A DNA stretch of 63,996 nucleotides, filler included, from Octopus bimaculoides (GCF_001194135.2; 4 parts of 3 records of this genome joined end to end with filler, not necessarily neighbours in it); one strand, 5' to 3'; counted from the whole stretch's first letter, positions 1-13,173 are shown. Numbers and translations: made by a program. The notes: generated by a model from the sequence alone, not told the origin.

Positions 1-149
1 TACATGTGTATATATCGATATATGTATGCGATTGCACCCTCACCATATATATATATGGTGAGGGTGCAATCGCATACATATATCGATATATACACATGTA
101 CAAATACATATATTCACATATAAGAACATCAATTATTTTAAATATGTAA

Positions 150-1500
150 TATAAATACTCTGTCCAGATTAGATTTTGCGAAAGTAATATTCGGCAATAC
201 GTAATACCAAATTGCATTCCTAACTTTCTAATTCTTCACAGAAAAAAATGAAAACACATTATGCTAATCAGAAATTCAGTCAATGACACATTGATCTCTC
301 ATTCAGATTTTTTACTCGCCGCGCTAACATAAGTCAATCCAAGTTATATATGTTTCACATGGTGGAGACTATTATACATGTGGGGTATGTTATTATCACG
401 GTTAAAACATTAAAATGCATCCGGGTATGATGATCCAGGTTGGGATCTTGGAGGTTTGAGGAACGTGGAGTCACCCCTATTTTACCATCATTCCAGGTCT
501 CCCCTGACACAGGACGGAGGTACCGATCGGGGTCTCGTCTATGTGTTAAATAAATTGTAGTACCGACAATGCTAAATTAGTGTTGTGTTCCAATACATAG
601 ATAAAGTCATGCACGTTACTTCTCATTGGTCTCTGTTGGTTTCACAAATTTCCTTATTTGAATTAGGAAAAATCAGTCGCAGAAGCTACATAAATGTGTG
701 CTATATTCGCACATACCTATTTGCAATGAGTTTATCTAGGTACCAAACTAGTACTGGTTAAGTGTGAAACAGACTAAACCATTCGGATTTCAGCATACTT
801 ATATAATGTGCGATATGTTGTTTTCCACGACCGATTATTTATACATATTTAAATGATCAAATAGATCTCATTGGTCCAGGATTAGCCTGAACAGCGATTT
901 ATCGTCAGAAGAATGGAAGCATTGTATTGAAATCCGTTAACCCACCTTTACTTTTAGCATGGAAACAGTAAATCATTGTGCGAAACGGATATTTACTTTT
1001 CGTTATTGGGGAAAGTAATATAAAGATCCACACAAGGCAAATTTAGACTCTAATTCAGTTTCATAGTCTGCAACAAATAGTTTCTCTCTATCTACGAAGA
1101 AAATTTCATTGAGGCAAAAATATGTTGATTTCAATAATTTTACTTCCGAAACCAAAATAACCTGAGCTGAGTGTTTTTTCTTACATGAACCAATTACAAT
1201 TGAAATTTTGGTGTTTCTGATATTTTACAATATTTAACCACTATATTGTTTTGAATGAGGATTTGTGTGCTACGTCTAAAGAAGATGTAATACGCTCTTT
1301 TGATTATCTTTAATATTTATAGTTTATTCAGAGAGGTAAAAAGCGAAGACTTGTGCATTTGGTCTGGAGAATCTCGAATCGCAAAAGACGAAAGAGGAGA
1401 AAGCTATGTACAGATCGTAGATCGGTTCAGAACTCTGCTAACGGTACCTGGTTTTCTGCAATGCTGTTCAACGTCACTAAATCATGCTCAAAAGCTAAAC
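150..1500 (-). pseudogene. Decayed TRPM-like channel copy (MHR4 to TRP domain)
   Basis: Hand translation, collinear across frameshifts: SSLDVAHKSSFK (cf. TCLxLA), KIIEINIFLP (1112-1141), LSPITK (998-1015; cf. F..APITKF), LLRLIF (S4, ~690), NVSLTEFLISIM (S6), RIAEYYFRK (cf. LIxEYxxRP). Confidence 0.55.
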
Positions 1501-2049
1501 CTCTTAGTGTCAATATGATATAAAACGCGTAGTAGTTTGGTAAATGTAGTGCTAGTACACGACTGTGAGCTGGCGAAATAATTAGCATGATTTCACCAGC
1601 TCGTCGTCTTCAACTAGCAAAATGCTTCGCAGTATTTCATCCATCTCTATGTTCTGAGATTAAACGCTGCCCATGTCGAATTTGCTTTTCATCCTCTAGA
1701 GTTCGATAAAATAAGTACTTAGCGAGAACTGGGATTCACGTAATCGAACTATCTCCACCTTCATATTGCTAATCTTGTGACAAAATTTATACAGAAAATT
1801 TATGTAATTTCATTTCACGTTAAAATGTGATATACAATACATTTATTGTGGTTGTTCGTTCGTGTTCCTTGCATTAGTATATTTTTTCAGTATATCATTA
1901 ACGGTATGTGACATACTTTTGCACTTGAAGACTGAAGTAATGTTCTTGCACACTTGGATTCTTTGCATCCTCGTAATCAGAGATTTGACACGAGAAGGAA
2001 TTTCTGCCAAGCAATCTGGAGATGCTGGTAAAAATATTCAGAACGAAAT

Positions 2050-2850
2050 ACAGAATACGAGTGATAACGTGTGATATGAAGGGAATAGGTAAACAGTAGT
2101 GTTTTTCAGTGAATAATTTAATACAAAAGACCTAGGAACATGATGCAATTTGGATGCACGTACGTACAGCTGGTACACACAAAATATCACCCAAGAGAAT
2201 AAGAAAATAATGAATTTTTATATTTAGTGTAACACGCGCCTGGGAAACCGGCTGCACCTGTTGAAATCAAGGATTACAAAAGACAACCAAATATTTTTCT
2301 CTCGTTTATTACATTGATAACAACTTGTGTGAGATGAGAAGGGATACTTGTAAGGTGATATATTTATAGTGTTCAAATGGCCGGCACTTTTTTAAAGTGA
2401 TATCTAAGAAACAAATTTACGTAGAATTTGATTTATATAATTATAAATTCCCATGCGAGACTCAATTTTGCTTTTGCTTACCGAAGCATATATGTAACTT
2501 TTCCTCTTCATCCAAAACGTATTCCGAACTTAATAAATGCATTTATGCTTCCATGCGAAATTTAAGCACGAATAAAATACGGATTTAAATTCAATAGCTT
2601 GTTTATTAATCTTACCATTGAAAATCTGAGAACACTTCTAGTTTTGCCGCTGCTTTTAAATATAGTCAACTTTGAATATGCCAAAGCAAAATTACCCGTG
2701 TCAAATGTTACAATTCAGGCATAATGGGCATAACAAAGGATGCTATGAGTAAATGGACAACCAGTCATTTTATTTCAAATATGTCAAAACCTATATAAAA
2801 CGTATATATTATCAAGAGTACGTGATGCTTAGTACATGATTCAACTGAAA
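2050..2850 (-). pseudogene. Decayed TRPM-like copy (S2-S6)
   Basis: LLIIYTFYIGFDIFEI (S2-like), TRVILLW..*LYLK (cf. GRVIL...WYIR), SWVIFCVYQL..FVLN..NTT (S6-like), in the expected order. Confidence 0.4.
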
Positions 2851-2857
2851 AATATTC

Positions 2858-3345
2858 GAGTGGCTGCGTGGTAAGTATCTTGTTTACCAACCACATGGTT
2901 CCGGGTTCATTCCCACTGCGTGGCACCTTGGGCAAGTGTCTTCTACTATAGCCTCGGGCCGCCCAAAGCCTTGTGAGTGGATTTGCTAGACGGAAATTGA
3001 AAGAAGCCCGTCGTATATATGTATGTATATATNNNNNNNNNNNNNNNNNNNNNNNNNNNNNNNNNNNNNNNNNNNNNNNNNNNNNNNNNNNNNNNNNNNN
3101 NNNNNNNNNNNNNNNNNNNNNNNNNNNNNNNNNNNNNNNNNNNNNNNNNNNNNNNNNNNNNNNNNNNNNNNNNNNNNNNNNNNNNNNNNNNNNNNNNNNN
3201 NNNNNNNNNNNNNNNNNNNNNCGGCAAAAGTGACCGATAGAATAAGTACTAGGCTTACAAAGAATAAGTCCTGGGGTCGATTTGCTCAACTAAAGGTGGT
3301 GCTCCAGTATGGCGGCAGTGAAATGACTGAAACAAGTAAAAGAGC
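2858..3345 (+). mobile_element. tRNA-derived SINE family B (head, internal TA microsatellite/gap, 3' body)
   Basis: Head ggtaagtatcttgtttaccaaccacatggttccgggttca matches 57962-58139; 3' part agaataagtactaggcttacaaagaataagtcctggggtcg matches 27085-27285 and 30838-30950. Confidence 0.8.
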
Positions 3346-3349
3346 AAAT

Positions 3350-4980
3350 AAATATCTACTGTATATCTATGAAAATGTAGAAAAGCATAATTCTTTCTAC
3401 AACAGGGACTGCAATTTGTCAATCATATCGATCCCACTGCTTGACTGTTTCTTATTTCATCGCTTGAAACGAGTAAAAGGTCAAATCGAATAAAATTTAA
3501 TGTAAATAGTCACAAAACCGGTTTTCTATCTTAGATAAAAGAAATATACTAACAACAAACGATGAAACGACAAGAAGAATAAGACGAAAAATACCAACAA
3601 ACAATCAAGAATCGGAAAGCAGTATCTACTAAGCCAAGAGGATTTCGTAAAATTAAAAGGAATTCCTCTGAAATAAGGAAATTACCAACAAGACTCGCTT
3701 CTCTGACAGAAAATGACTTTACCAATATGTTAAAACACATTAAATACGGACACAAATACGTAATCTTTGGATTTCAATACTGATGTTCCGTTTTTTTTAT
3801 TCCAGATAGGTTAATGGGGCACACAACAAAAAAAAAAATGGTCGTTTAGCTTGTTACGCATTCATTCAATTGCAAATTTGTCAAACGCTATGGGTAGAAA
3901 ACTTGCGAAATATTTCAAACTTGTTTGTAAAGAACAACGCCATATTTAAACATCAAAAGAAGGCCAAAGGCGAAATTAGAATTACACTTAAATTAATGAA
4001 CTCGAAACAGTAGAAAAGTCGAGCATGAAGAAAATATTTATGGAGAAATATTGGAGATGACTCAAATAAATTATTTGTATTGAAATAAATGTCAAACATA
4101 ATGTGACCGTTACCAATTATCTAGTTCTTTTAATATGTCACAGGTATACTGTCAATTGTAATTTCAATGAATTGGTGAAGCTAGATAGAGAGGAATTATA
4201 GCAATGACAGGTCTTATAATATAAAATACAAAAGGCGACAGAGAACAATTAAGTTTACGACGAAAAGTAAGAGTTGGAATACGTCTGCAATTAGGTAAGC
4301 TGTATGATTACAAACCACAAGGCAGTTAACTTAAATATATTCAAACTATGATGAAAAATAACAGTTTCAGGTCGCCACGGCTATCGCCCTCATGCATGTA
4401 CTTATTAAAAGCATGTAGTATAATTTCATGAATTATTTCAAATTATTATGAAACCTCAAAAAATCATAGATATTCTCTTGTCACACCTAATCGTGACAAT
4501 GGAAAGCATCCACCATGAATCTTTGAAAGAAATGGATCAAACGATACAAGATAATTTTACTGGCCATGATAAACGAAGACGGAGCCACATTCGAAAACTA
4601 GCGTGGAGGAGCATAAATCAGGCTCGAACACTGTATAAAGGGAAATCTGTAGGAACTTTCAAATTCCTGCTCTAAACTTTACTGCCCCAAACTATATGGA
4701 CACAATTAACTGGCAGGACACTATTGTTACTGAATCACCTGTAACACAGACATTTTTCGATGAAGAAATCAATACATTCATTCGACAGCAGCATTTGATT
4801 CAACTGGAAAACTTATCGTGCCACACCCAAGCTGTGAAGAAATGTGTAAAACTCGTGATAGACGCATCATCTAGTGTTTATGGTGAGAGCAGTCAAGACG
4901 GTTTCATTAGGTGTCTAATCGAATCAAAAGGAAACATTCCGGTGTTCGAGACAAAAAGTGGCCTTCACATTGTAAGGTAA
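3350..4980 (+). mobile_element. Decayed cut-and-paste DNA transposase (family with C-terminal CHTQAVERxVKLVTEAS motif; hAT-related assignment from memory)
   Basis: ORF 4696-4980 LSCHTQAVKKCVKLVIDASSSVYGESSQDGFIR; upstream IILLAMINED / HIRKLAWRSINQAR (cf. NLLLAMLTD..HIRELAxRRILKAR); GIRLQLGK. Frameshifted; termini not located. Confidence 0.7.
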
Positions 4981-5249
4981 TACAGCGATAATCAATTAGA
5001 ATTGTTTAGTTTTAGCTATTTTGAACATAACAAATTGCGTTATGTCGTTTTATGAATTTCCAAAACAATAAATTTTTGATTGATTGTTCTGTTCTTTATG
5101 TGTGTGTGAGATGCTAATTCTCGTCTACGAAAAATATTAATTGGCTTTATTACTGGAACGAAAAGGAATACACTACAAGGATACGTATTATTTAGTTACA
5201 TAAAATTATTTCGAATAAATTGGAAATGTTAATTATTTTTATCACCAAA

Positions 5250-6040
5250 ATATGTCACGAATCACAACTTGGTTTCTACGAAATTTTATTTCGATATGTG
5301 TGTAATCTAGATCTCATGTACCACATATATTCGGTAATGTAGTATTCAAAACAGCAAAGAAAGCAATGTCGAAAAGTATATTTATTTCATATAAGTTTGA
5401 AATTTCAATTGACTTGCGTAAATTGAGAATTTAACCAAAAGAGATTCGATTCGTAACATTGAATGTAAAATGTAAAATGAGGAACAGCAAGCGTGTTATA
5501 AATTGATTTTTTCGCTCTTTATTCAAAATTCCAAGTGGGATGCTGAGCCTGAAGGTGTAAATTTAAGAACTTCAGATTTTAACAGAGTTGATTTTTAAAG
5601 GATTTTGTAATAAAAATATATTCTTAAAGACATATTTTGAAAATCCGTGTAAAAGTACCGTTTTCGCTCCATCCTAGTCATCAGCTACAAAGTCTGTAGC
5701 GTTTTCAGTTTTTCATGTAACCGGAAATTTCCAGACTTACAATCTGTCAAATATTAGCATTCCAGAAATCATATAATTATGTGAGACCATCTTTATACAA
5801 ATTCGAAAAAGGAGACAGTCAGACTAACAAAAATTCCAGATGTATAATTTTCACGATCTAGCCATAAGCTAAAATAGTATGTACAAGAATAAATTTTTAA
5901 TGCATTTGGAATTATATCTCCTTTCACATTTCAGCAATGTCTTCTTACTCATTAACCGTCTGAAATCCTAAAACAGAAGAATCTGTCAGCCGATGAATTA
6001 TATTACATACAAAAATGACGAAGGAATGTGAGTGGTTTGT
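5250..6040 (-). pseudogene. Decayed TRPM-like copy (S1 to TRP box)
   Basis: EFLLV* (S2), YDFWN at 5759-5773, FTRIFKI (S4), ISFG*I (pore), NILFDIAFFAVLNTT at 5338-5382 (S6), IKFRRNQVVIRD at 5254-5289 (cf. WKFQRYQLI). Confidence 0.65.
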
Positions 6041-6051
6041 GACTGAGGATA

Positions 6052-6220
6052 TTCCGTAAATCCTCGAGTATAGTCTGCCCTTGAGTATAATACGCAGGGG
6101 ATTTTTGGTGGGGGCTGTATCTATGAAAAAACTAAACCTTGTATATAATACGCACCCCTTCTCTAGCTTGAGTCAAGGAGGTCTATATAACGTCCTTGGT
6201 TTGTGAACGCATATACGGTA
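6052..6220. mobile_element. Tc1/pogo-type MITE
   Basis: Imperfect termini ttccgtaaatcctcgag / cgcatatacggta; internal tataatacgca repeats. Confidence 0.4.
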
Positions 6221-6479
6221 ACGTCCTTTATTATTATTGTATATATAACATAATGCAAACGAGTATCTTTTTTGTGCGCTTTCTTTGCAGAAAATAAAGA
6301 AATAACAGTAATAACGTCAGTGAAAAATAAATATTAAGTAAATTGCCTTTACATATTTATCACTTAGAAAATTTTGCTTAGAAAATATTTTTCATTTTTA
6401 ACATCGTATATAGTACGCACTAGAAATGTTGACCTTTTGACGATTATTCGCAAGATGGTTACCCAGAACACAGTTGCAT

Positions 6480-6700
6480 AAATTTTGTAAGCATATATGT
6501 TCAAATGCGATTATCTCTAATTACATTTGTCTTCCATATTTCCATCAAGCATTAGAAAATGTAGAACGTTTCTGCCCACAAGTGTGAAACGCAACCTTTA
6601 TCCTAATCGAATAATTAACGATGATCAAATATTACATTACATAATACTACAAGAAGGGAGATTTGTTGGTACAGGAAAATAAATCTGAATAGCATTTTAA
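6480..6700 (-). pseudogene. Possible TRPM-like S6/TRP-box fragment
   Basis: LLVVLCNVIF, then in another frame FSNA*WKYGR. Short and isolated. Confidence 0.3.
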
Positions 6701-6774
6701 AAGTCTGCATTTATACAGGTCTGAATAAATTTTACTATTCCAAAGAAATTATTGATTTAAAATTTTTGCACAAG

Positions 6775-6950
6775 ACCAGAAATTTCGGAAAAGGGCGGAA
6801 GTCGATTATGTAGAAGCAAGAGTTCGACTGCTGCTTATTTTATTGATGAAACCAAAGTCAATCTCGGCGGAATTTACACTCACAGGACGTAATGACGTGC
6901 GAAATGCCGTTAAGCATTTTGCTGCGCACGCTAACGATTCGAGCAACTCG
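6775..6950 (-). mobile_element. SINE family A (diverged)
   Basis: Reverse match to the ggcggcgagctggcagaatcgttagc... family at 56113-56870. Confidence 0.7.
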
Positions 6951-7069
6951 CATCCTTTAGGCCCAGCATTAGAGGATTTCATATAAAAGAGCAAATATTA
7001 ACGAAAAGAAAAAAGAATTTTTATGTTTGGAGGTGTCGTGTTTACGCTTTGTATGTTTTAGAATACAGA

Positions 7070-9350
7070 AAAAAATGTTTTAAGGACTCGTAATATTGAA
7101 GAAAGGCGGTACCCTAAGGTGACAATTGTATTTGAAAATAAAATCTGCATAGTGTTAATGTAAGAAAATTGTAGAGTTGCAGATGAGTATTCGTTCAGGA
7201 TAAAATCTGCCTAAGATATGTATGAAAATCATCGTAAAGTATGACGACACATTCCATTAACATTAATGTATCTGTCTTAGAAACATACTGGCACGCAATA
7301 TAACATACCGGATAAAGATTTCAGAGGGGAATACTGTTAGAGATTATGCATAGTTTCTAAGTTTAAGTTGAAATTTGAAAAGCCTTGGAGAACCGGTTAA
7401 TGTCACATAATCAACTTGAAAGAGCTCACCTTAATGTATTCGAAAATTCCCTCGAGAAAATGGAATCGAAAAAGCACGAATCATTCTTTGAGTTGCAAGA
7501 TCAATCGCATGCAGATAAAAAGCTTCTTGCACTACGTGCGGGCTCATATCTATCAACTGAAATGCAATTACTATTAGAAATACATATTCAATATTATTTC
7601 TAATTTTAGCAAAAGCGTCAGCAATGTTCAGAACTGGAACTCTATATTATCAATCCCGAAAGGATGAAAGGCCAATTCAATGATGGAATTTGAATTCAGA
7701 ACATAAGCATTCTGAAAAAATGCTACTGGGCTTACGATTCTGCCAATTCGCAGACTTAAATGCACATTAGATATACGTAAGAAGAGATGGTGTATTTGAT
7801 GGACCACGTATTTGATGGACCACGTATTTGATGAGCAGATAAGTCACATAGACCCTGAGATCCATTGAATATTTTTATAGGTAAAATGATAAGGTATTTC
7901 ACTAAAGAATTAAACAAAACTACACTTTCGAAAAAGAAATAAATTAACAATGATTCATATCAACTGAAATCACAGATACAATCACCACTCAATCAACAAT
8001 CGGTTGACATCTATTAAGAGAACACAAAAAACCATAATAGAATAACCACGTGAAGTAACAATTATATATGGAAACACTGAAATCTTTCGGTTTTGGCCTT
8101 GAAATGGAGAAATACTTGGAAAGTGGAAGACATCAAATGTGACGAGTAAGAGATATTATTCTTAGCGTTGCAGGGTTCATTCTCATTAAGTAATAATATT
8201 AGAGACAGCATTTGTAGCCAAATTATGTGTCAAAATACGCTATACATTTAGAAGTTCTAACCTAACAAAAACATCTAAATGAATCTAAAGCATATTTTTA
8301 ATGTCCGAGTACTTTCTAAAATGCTATACTATATTCTCTCTCGATGAAACAGGAAGAGACAGGCAACCTGTTATCATCATGTTTTGACCTTCTGAATCGA
8401 CTTCATTGCTCGCTAATGTTGTTAGTGTAGCATCATAGCAATCTCAAGCATCCCGATGTAGAAAATCAGAAAAAAACAAACCTCAGCGATTTACTTTACT
8501 CATTGGTCTACAACCTGACTAAGAAGGATATCATACTTCTTATGAAGAGTAAAATAGACTTCTCCAACGCTAACCTAGATGCGATGAAATTCTCTCTCGC
8601 CAGTATTTCCAACCGATATATTATACCCAAATGAAAAGCACACTTAACATGGTTTATATGTTCTCGCATCCAATTAAGAATATGCTTAAAGTCTTGCCTA
8701 TATGGGTTTTCTAACTGATCTGTAATACCAGAGATGTAACGGAATGCAGTAGCTTTGACATTTAATGTTTTAATTCTTTTCACCCTTTTGTTGAGTTCCA
8801 ACACTGACGGTTCTTTAGCCCTTTTGTTGATTTCCAAGAGTATCCGTAGCGGATATATTTTATGTGTCGTTTTAAATAGATCTGCTATTGCCAGTATGCT
8901 TGCTAATGGGAGCACTACATCTACAATTGTCACTCTGTTCCATGCCAGCGCGAACTGAATACATCTAATATCAAAGGGATTCTAGCTGTAACGGTACACA
9001 CTTTTTCCCTTTCAGTTTCTATTGCTTTCAATGCACTCTCTTTTTAACATTTCAGTAGGGAATAATCGTGGACGATTTAATTGCCATTTCTAGAAATCGA
9101 GTGGGTGAGTCGAAATAACCTTCTTATTTTTGTTGTTATTTGAAGAATATCAATATAATTTCAGTAATGTTTTTGCAAACCGGAGCACCGATGTTTGTGT
9201 TAATTTTTAATTGTCGCTAATATTAATGTTGTTCGTGCTGGTGCTGATATTCGAAGAGCTAATACTATTTAATTAACTATTTGAAACTCTTTTTATGAAT
9301 TGTAATTAAATTCCCAGCCACCAACATAAGATGCTGACATCTGCTAGCAT
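7070..9350 (-). pseudogene. Best-preserved TRPM-like copy (MHR2/3 to TRP domain)
   Basis: QFALAWNRV at 8931-8957 (TRPM signature LALAWNRVDIA) in a ~160-codon open stretch; LFIW at 8627-8638 in a shifted frame; KKYDILLSQVVDQ; VLLIDV..IEW*LYL* (S1-S2); open stretch NNIEYVFLIVIAF..YLHAIDL..RMIRAFSI (~7440-7590, S3-S4); YNCHLRVPPFF at 7098-7130 (cf. EY..RP.LPPPF). Many stops and frameshifts; no clear introns. Confidence 0.8.
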
Positions 9351-9569
9351 AGGAAACCTACAACTCAATGCAAGTTTTTCTCGTTAAAACGGCAAAAATA
9401 CAATATTTTAATTTAGATTGTACATATATCTGGACGTTGATGTAAGATTTGACAGAATTAGCAAAACTCGGAACGACTTTTTTAACCATCGCAGTCCTAG
9501 ATATTTGTTGGTAAATACTGAAATTAAAGTCGAAGATATTGTTTCCAAAGAAAACATTTTAATTCATCG

Positions 9570-9648
9570 GAGATGAAATTACTTTCAGTTGTCTGAGATG
9601 AAATTACTTTCAGTTGTCTGAGATGAAATTACTTTCAGTTGTCTGAGA
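9570..9648 (+). repeat. 25-bp x3 tandem repeat
   Basis: gagatgaaattactttcagttgtct three times, identical. Confidence 0.95.
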
Positions 9649-11250
9649 CTTCACGAGTGAAATTTTCAAGCGAGAAACCTATGATGCAGGATTGTGTTAT
9701 TAATGTCAACAATATCAAATAATACAATAATGATATCATTCTTGACTGTTTCAGAGGGGCAGTTGAATAGGTCCAGGTCGCTCCTCACTAGGAACGGCCT
9801 GGCCTCTTCCATTGCCGATGTGTTCCTTTCTGTGGAAGAGCGTAGACTCGAAACGTTAAAGAGTTTATTAATTCCCGAGCGTTAAAGACTTTTTCAATTC
9901 CTAATACATCTGTTTGTTTTCTACACCACCTGTTTTCGTCTGTTGTTTTTTGTGAATTCTCCGTATAAATATAAATAAATANNNNNNNNNNNNNNNNNNN
10001 NNNNNNNNNNNNNNNNNNNNNNNNNNNNNNNNNNNNNNNNNNNNNNNNNNNNNNNNNNNNNNNNNNNNNNNNNNNNNNNNNNNNNNNNNNNNNNNNNNNN
10101 NNNNNNNNNNNNNNNNNNNNNNNNNNNNNNNNNNNNNNNNNNNNNNNNNNNNNNNNNNNNNNNNNNNNNNNNNNNNNNNNNNNNNNNNNNNNNNNNNNNN
10201 NNNNNNNNNNNNNNNNNNNNNNNNNNNNNNNNNNNNNNNNNNNNNNNNNNNNNNNNNNNNNNNNNNNNNNNNNNNNNNNNNNNNNNNNNNNNNNNNNNNN
10301 NNNNNNNNNNNNNNNNNNNNNNNNNNNNNNNNNNNNNNNNNNNNNNNNNNNNNNNNNNNNNNNNNNNNNNNNNNNNNNNNNNNNNNNNNNNNNNNNNNNN
10401 NNNNNNNNNNNNNNNNNNNNNNNNNNNNNNNNNNNNNNNNNNNNNNNNNNNNNNNNNNNNNNNNNNNNNNNNNNNNNNNNNNNNNNNNNNNNNNNNNNNN
10501 NNNNNNNNNNNNNNNNNNNNNNNNNNNNNNNNNNNNNNNNNNNNNNNNNNNNNNNNNNNNNNNNNNNNNNNNNNNNNNNNNNNNNNNNNNNNNNNNNNNN
10601 NNNNNNNNNNNNNNNNNNNNNNNNNNNNNNNNNNNNNNNNNNNNNNNNNNNNNNNNNNNNNNNNNNNNNNNNNNNNNNNNNNNNNNNNNNNNNNNNNNNN
10701 NNNNNNNNNNNNNNNNNNNNNNNNNNNNNNNNNNNNNNNNNNNNNNNNNNNNNNNNNNNNNNNNNNNNNNNNNNNNNNNNNNNNNNNNNNNNNNNNNNNN
10801 NNNNNNNNNNNNNNNNNNNNNNNNNNNNNNNNNNNNNNNNNNNNNNNNNNNNNNNNNNNNNNNNNNNNNNTATATATATATATATATCTGTGTATGCGTG
10901 TCTCTATCCATCGCGTGTGTGCGCGCGCGAGCGTCAGATGGCAAAAAATTATATAAGTGCTGCAGAAAGATATGTGTTTGGCAAATGATACCCCAAAGTG
11001 TAGTTCTGGTCAGTGCAACATAATGATGAATTGCTGACCGGCAGACTGCGTATTTAGCACCACTATATCAACTCAGGCATGTAATGCTATTTCCTTTAAA
11101 AATTTTCTCTCCTCCGTCTACGTTCAGAAGCTAAAGATTTATTATTGTCACTGTATGCAAATTACGATAAGACACTATATCATGGTCGAAATAAAATTAT
11201 TATATTACACACATAAATGAACACACACATTACGTAGACACAGACGCACA

Positions 11251-11282
<32 letters not shown>

Positions 11283-12950
11283 NNNNNNNNNNNNNNNNNN
11301 NNNNNNNNNNNNNNNNNNNNNNNNNNNNNNNNNNNNNNNNNNNNNNNNNNNNNNNNNNNNNNNNNNNNNNNNNNNNNNNNNNNNNNNNNNNNNNNNNNNN
11401 NNNNNNNNNNNNNNNNNNNNNNNNNNNNNNNNNNNNNNNNNNNNNNNNNNNNNNNNNNNNNNNNNNNNNNNNNNNNNNNNNNNNNNNNNNNNNNNNNNNN
11501 NNNNNNNNNNNNNNNNNNNNNNNNNNNNNNNNNNNNNNNNNNNNNNNNNNNNNNNNNNNNNNNNNNNNNNNNNNNNNNNNNNNNNNNNNNNNNNNNNNNN
11601 NNNNNNNNNNNNNNNNNNNNNNNNNNNNNNNNNNNNNNNNNNNNNNNNNNNNNNNNNNNNNNNNNNNNNNNNNNNNNNNNNNNNNNNNNNNNNNNNNNNN
11701 NNNNNNNNNNNNNNNNNNNNNNNNNNNNNNNNNNNNNNNNNNNNNNNNNNNNNNNNNNNNNNNNNNNNNNNNNNNNNNNNNNNNNNNNNNNNNNNNNNNN
11801 NNNNNNNNNNNNNNNNNNNNNNNNNNNNNNNNNNNNNNATATATATATATATATATATATACACATATGTATATGTGTGTGTGTGTGCATACACACACAA
11901 CCACACACATACACACGCACCCACATACACACACAGATATATTGTGTCTATAAAAATGTAGATATTGTAAAGTGTTCCGAGGAAAATTTATAAACTTATT
12001 AAAATCGTTTGTGCGCATGAAAACACACGCTCCTACAGAGTTACAGACAACTACCTATGCATGTATCTACCCGAACATACGCACACACTCATAAAGATGC
12101 TTATACACACATACGCAAACACTCACACACACAAACATACACACTCACATCTATATGTTCTTTAGTCTCGAAATTGTTGTTCAGTCTAAGACTGTGTATA
12201 TGTCTTTATTTTAGTTTCTGTTAGTCTCACTGTTTATTGAGTGAGTATATACGTTTTACTTCTTGTGTTTGTTGATGAATTATAGATAAATCTAAAGGAA
12301 TTACATCGACATGAGTGGCGTTTCATTATCAATGTCTCAGAGTTTTGAATTATTCGGTAACGTCGAGTATATCAGACGGAAAATATTGCTTGATGAGGTT
12401 AAAAAAAGATTTTCTAACATTACAAAAACAAAATCAGAAAAAAGAAAACAGCAAAAAATACCCACATATTAGTAAACAAAGTATTTTTTAAAAAGTAACA
12501 TTAAATAAAACAGCCACTACAAAAAAAAAGTAAAAAAATAAAATAAAACTGATATACACCAAGCGACAAGCAGACAGACAAATACGTTGTAGACAAAAGC
12601 GATGAGACCTGGAGTGATGCCAAATTGAAAATACAGCGAAATGGAGGGGTATGAAAATAATTAGGACTATGTTGAAAATGTTTCGTTAAATTGAATGATT
12701 TTTCTGAAAAGAAACGAAAACAGAGAAAAATGTAATTGGAAATCAATGAAGAAGACACTTTTCATGCATGGGTTCATGATTTCCTATATATCGTATTAGT
12801 CTGTTTGGTCAGTCCATAATCAGTCTAGAATCATTTTAAGAGATTTAAGGTTTAGAATAATGTGTGATAATGATACACACATGCCTTCTGAAAACAACGT
12901 GTTATTTGTCTATCCGAACAATATTACAAGACAGTATTATAGTTGAAGCA
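9640..12950 (-). pseudogene. Decayed TRPM-like copy (preS1 to TRP box), split by microsatellites and gaps
   Basis: ILD*LWT; ORF 12501-12758 YFHTPPFRCIFNLASL..LLSTTYLSV (S1); FSV*YTR at ~12364-12384 (cf. IFWYIR); ILFRP*Y at ~11177-11197 (pore); LWGII..IFL..LYNFL (S6); DINNTI..A*KFH at ~9657-9715 (TRP box). Confidence 0.65.
9826..9862 (+). ncRNA. Hammerhead-like motif (CUGUGGA core)
   Basis: CUUU-CUGUGGA-A-GAGC(guag)ACUC-GAA-ACGU-U-AAAG, within a ~180-bp repeat (9790-9980) shared with 13080-13290 and 52200-52370. Confidence 0.45.
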
Positions 12951-13136
12951 TATCTGCAGAGAGTAAATATATATATATATATATATACTTAAACATTCAT
13001 TATCTGATTATTTATTAATTCTCCATCTTTTGCGTTCTCTCGTTTTGCATGTATACATATACACATATTTTGTATTTCCCGTTGACTGAACACTATTCAA
13101 TTTTTTTTCTCCGTGTTTTTCTCCTTGTCTCCGTAT

Positions 13137-13173
13137 TCTTTCTGTTGAAGAGCGTAGCTCGAAACGTCAAAGA
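13137..13173 (+). ncRNA. Minimal hammerhead-like motif with CUGUUGA core
   Basis: UCUUU-CUGUUGA-A-GAGC(gua)GCUC-GAA-ACGU-C-AAAGA: 5-bp stem I, 4-bp stem II, palindromic ACGU stem III. Confidence 0.55.
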
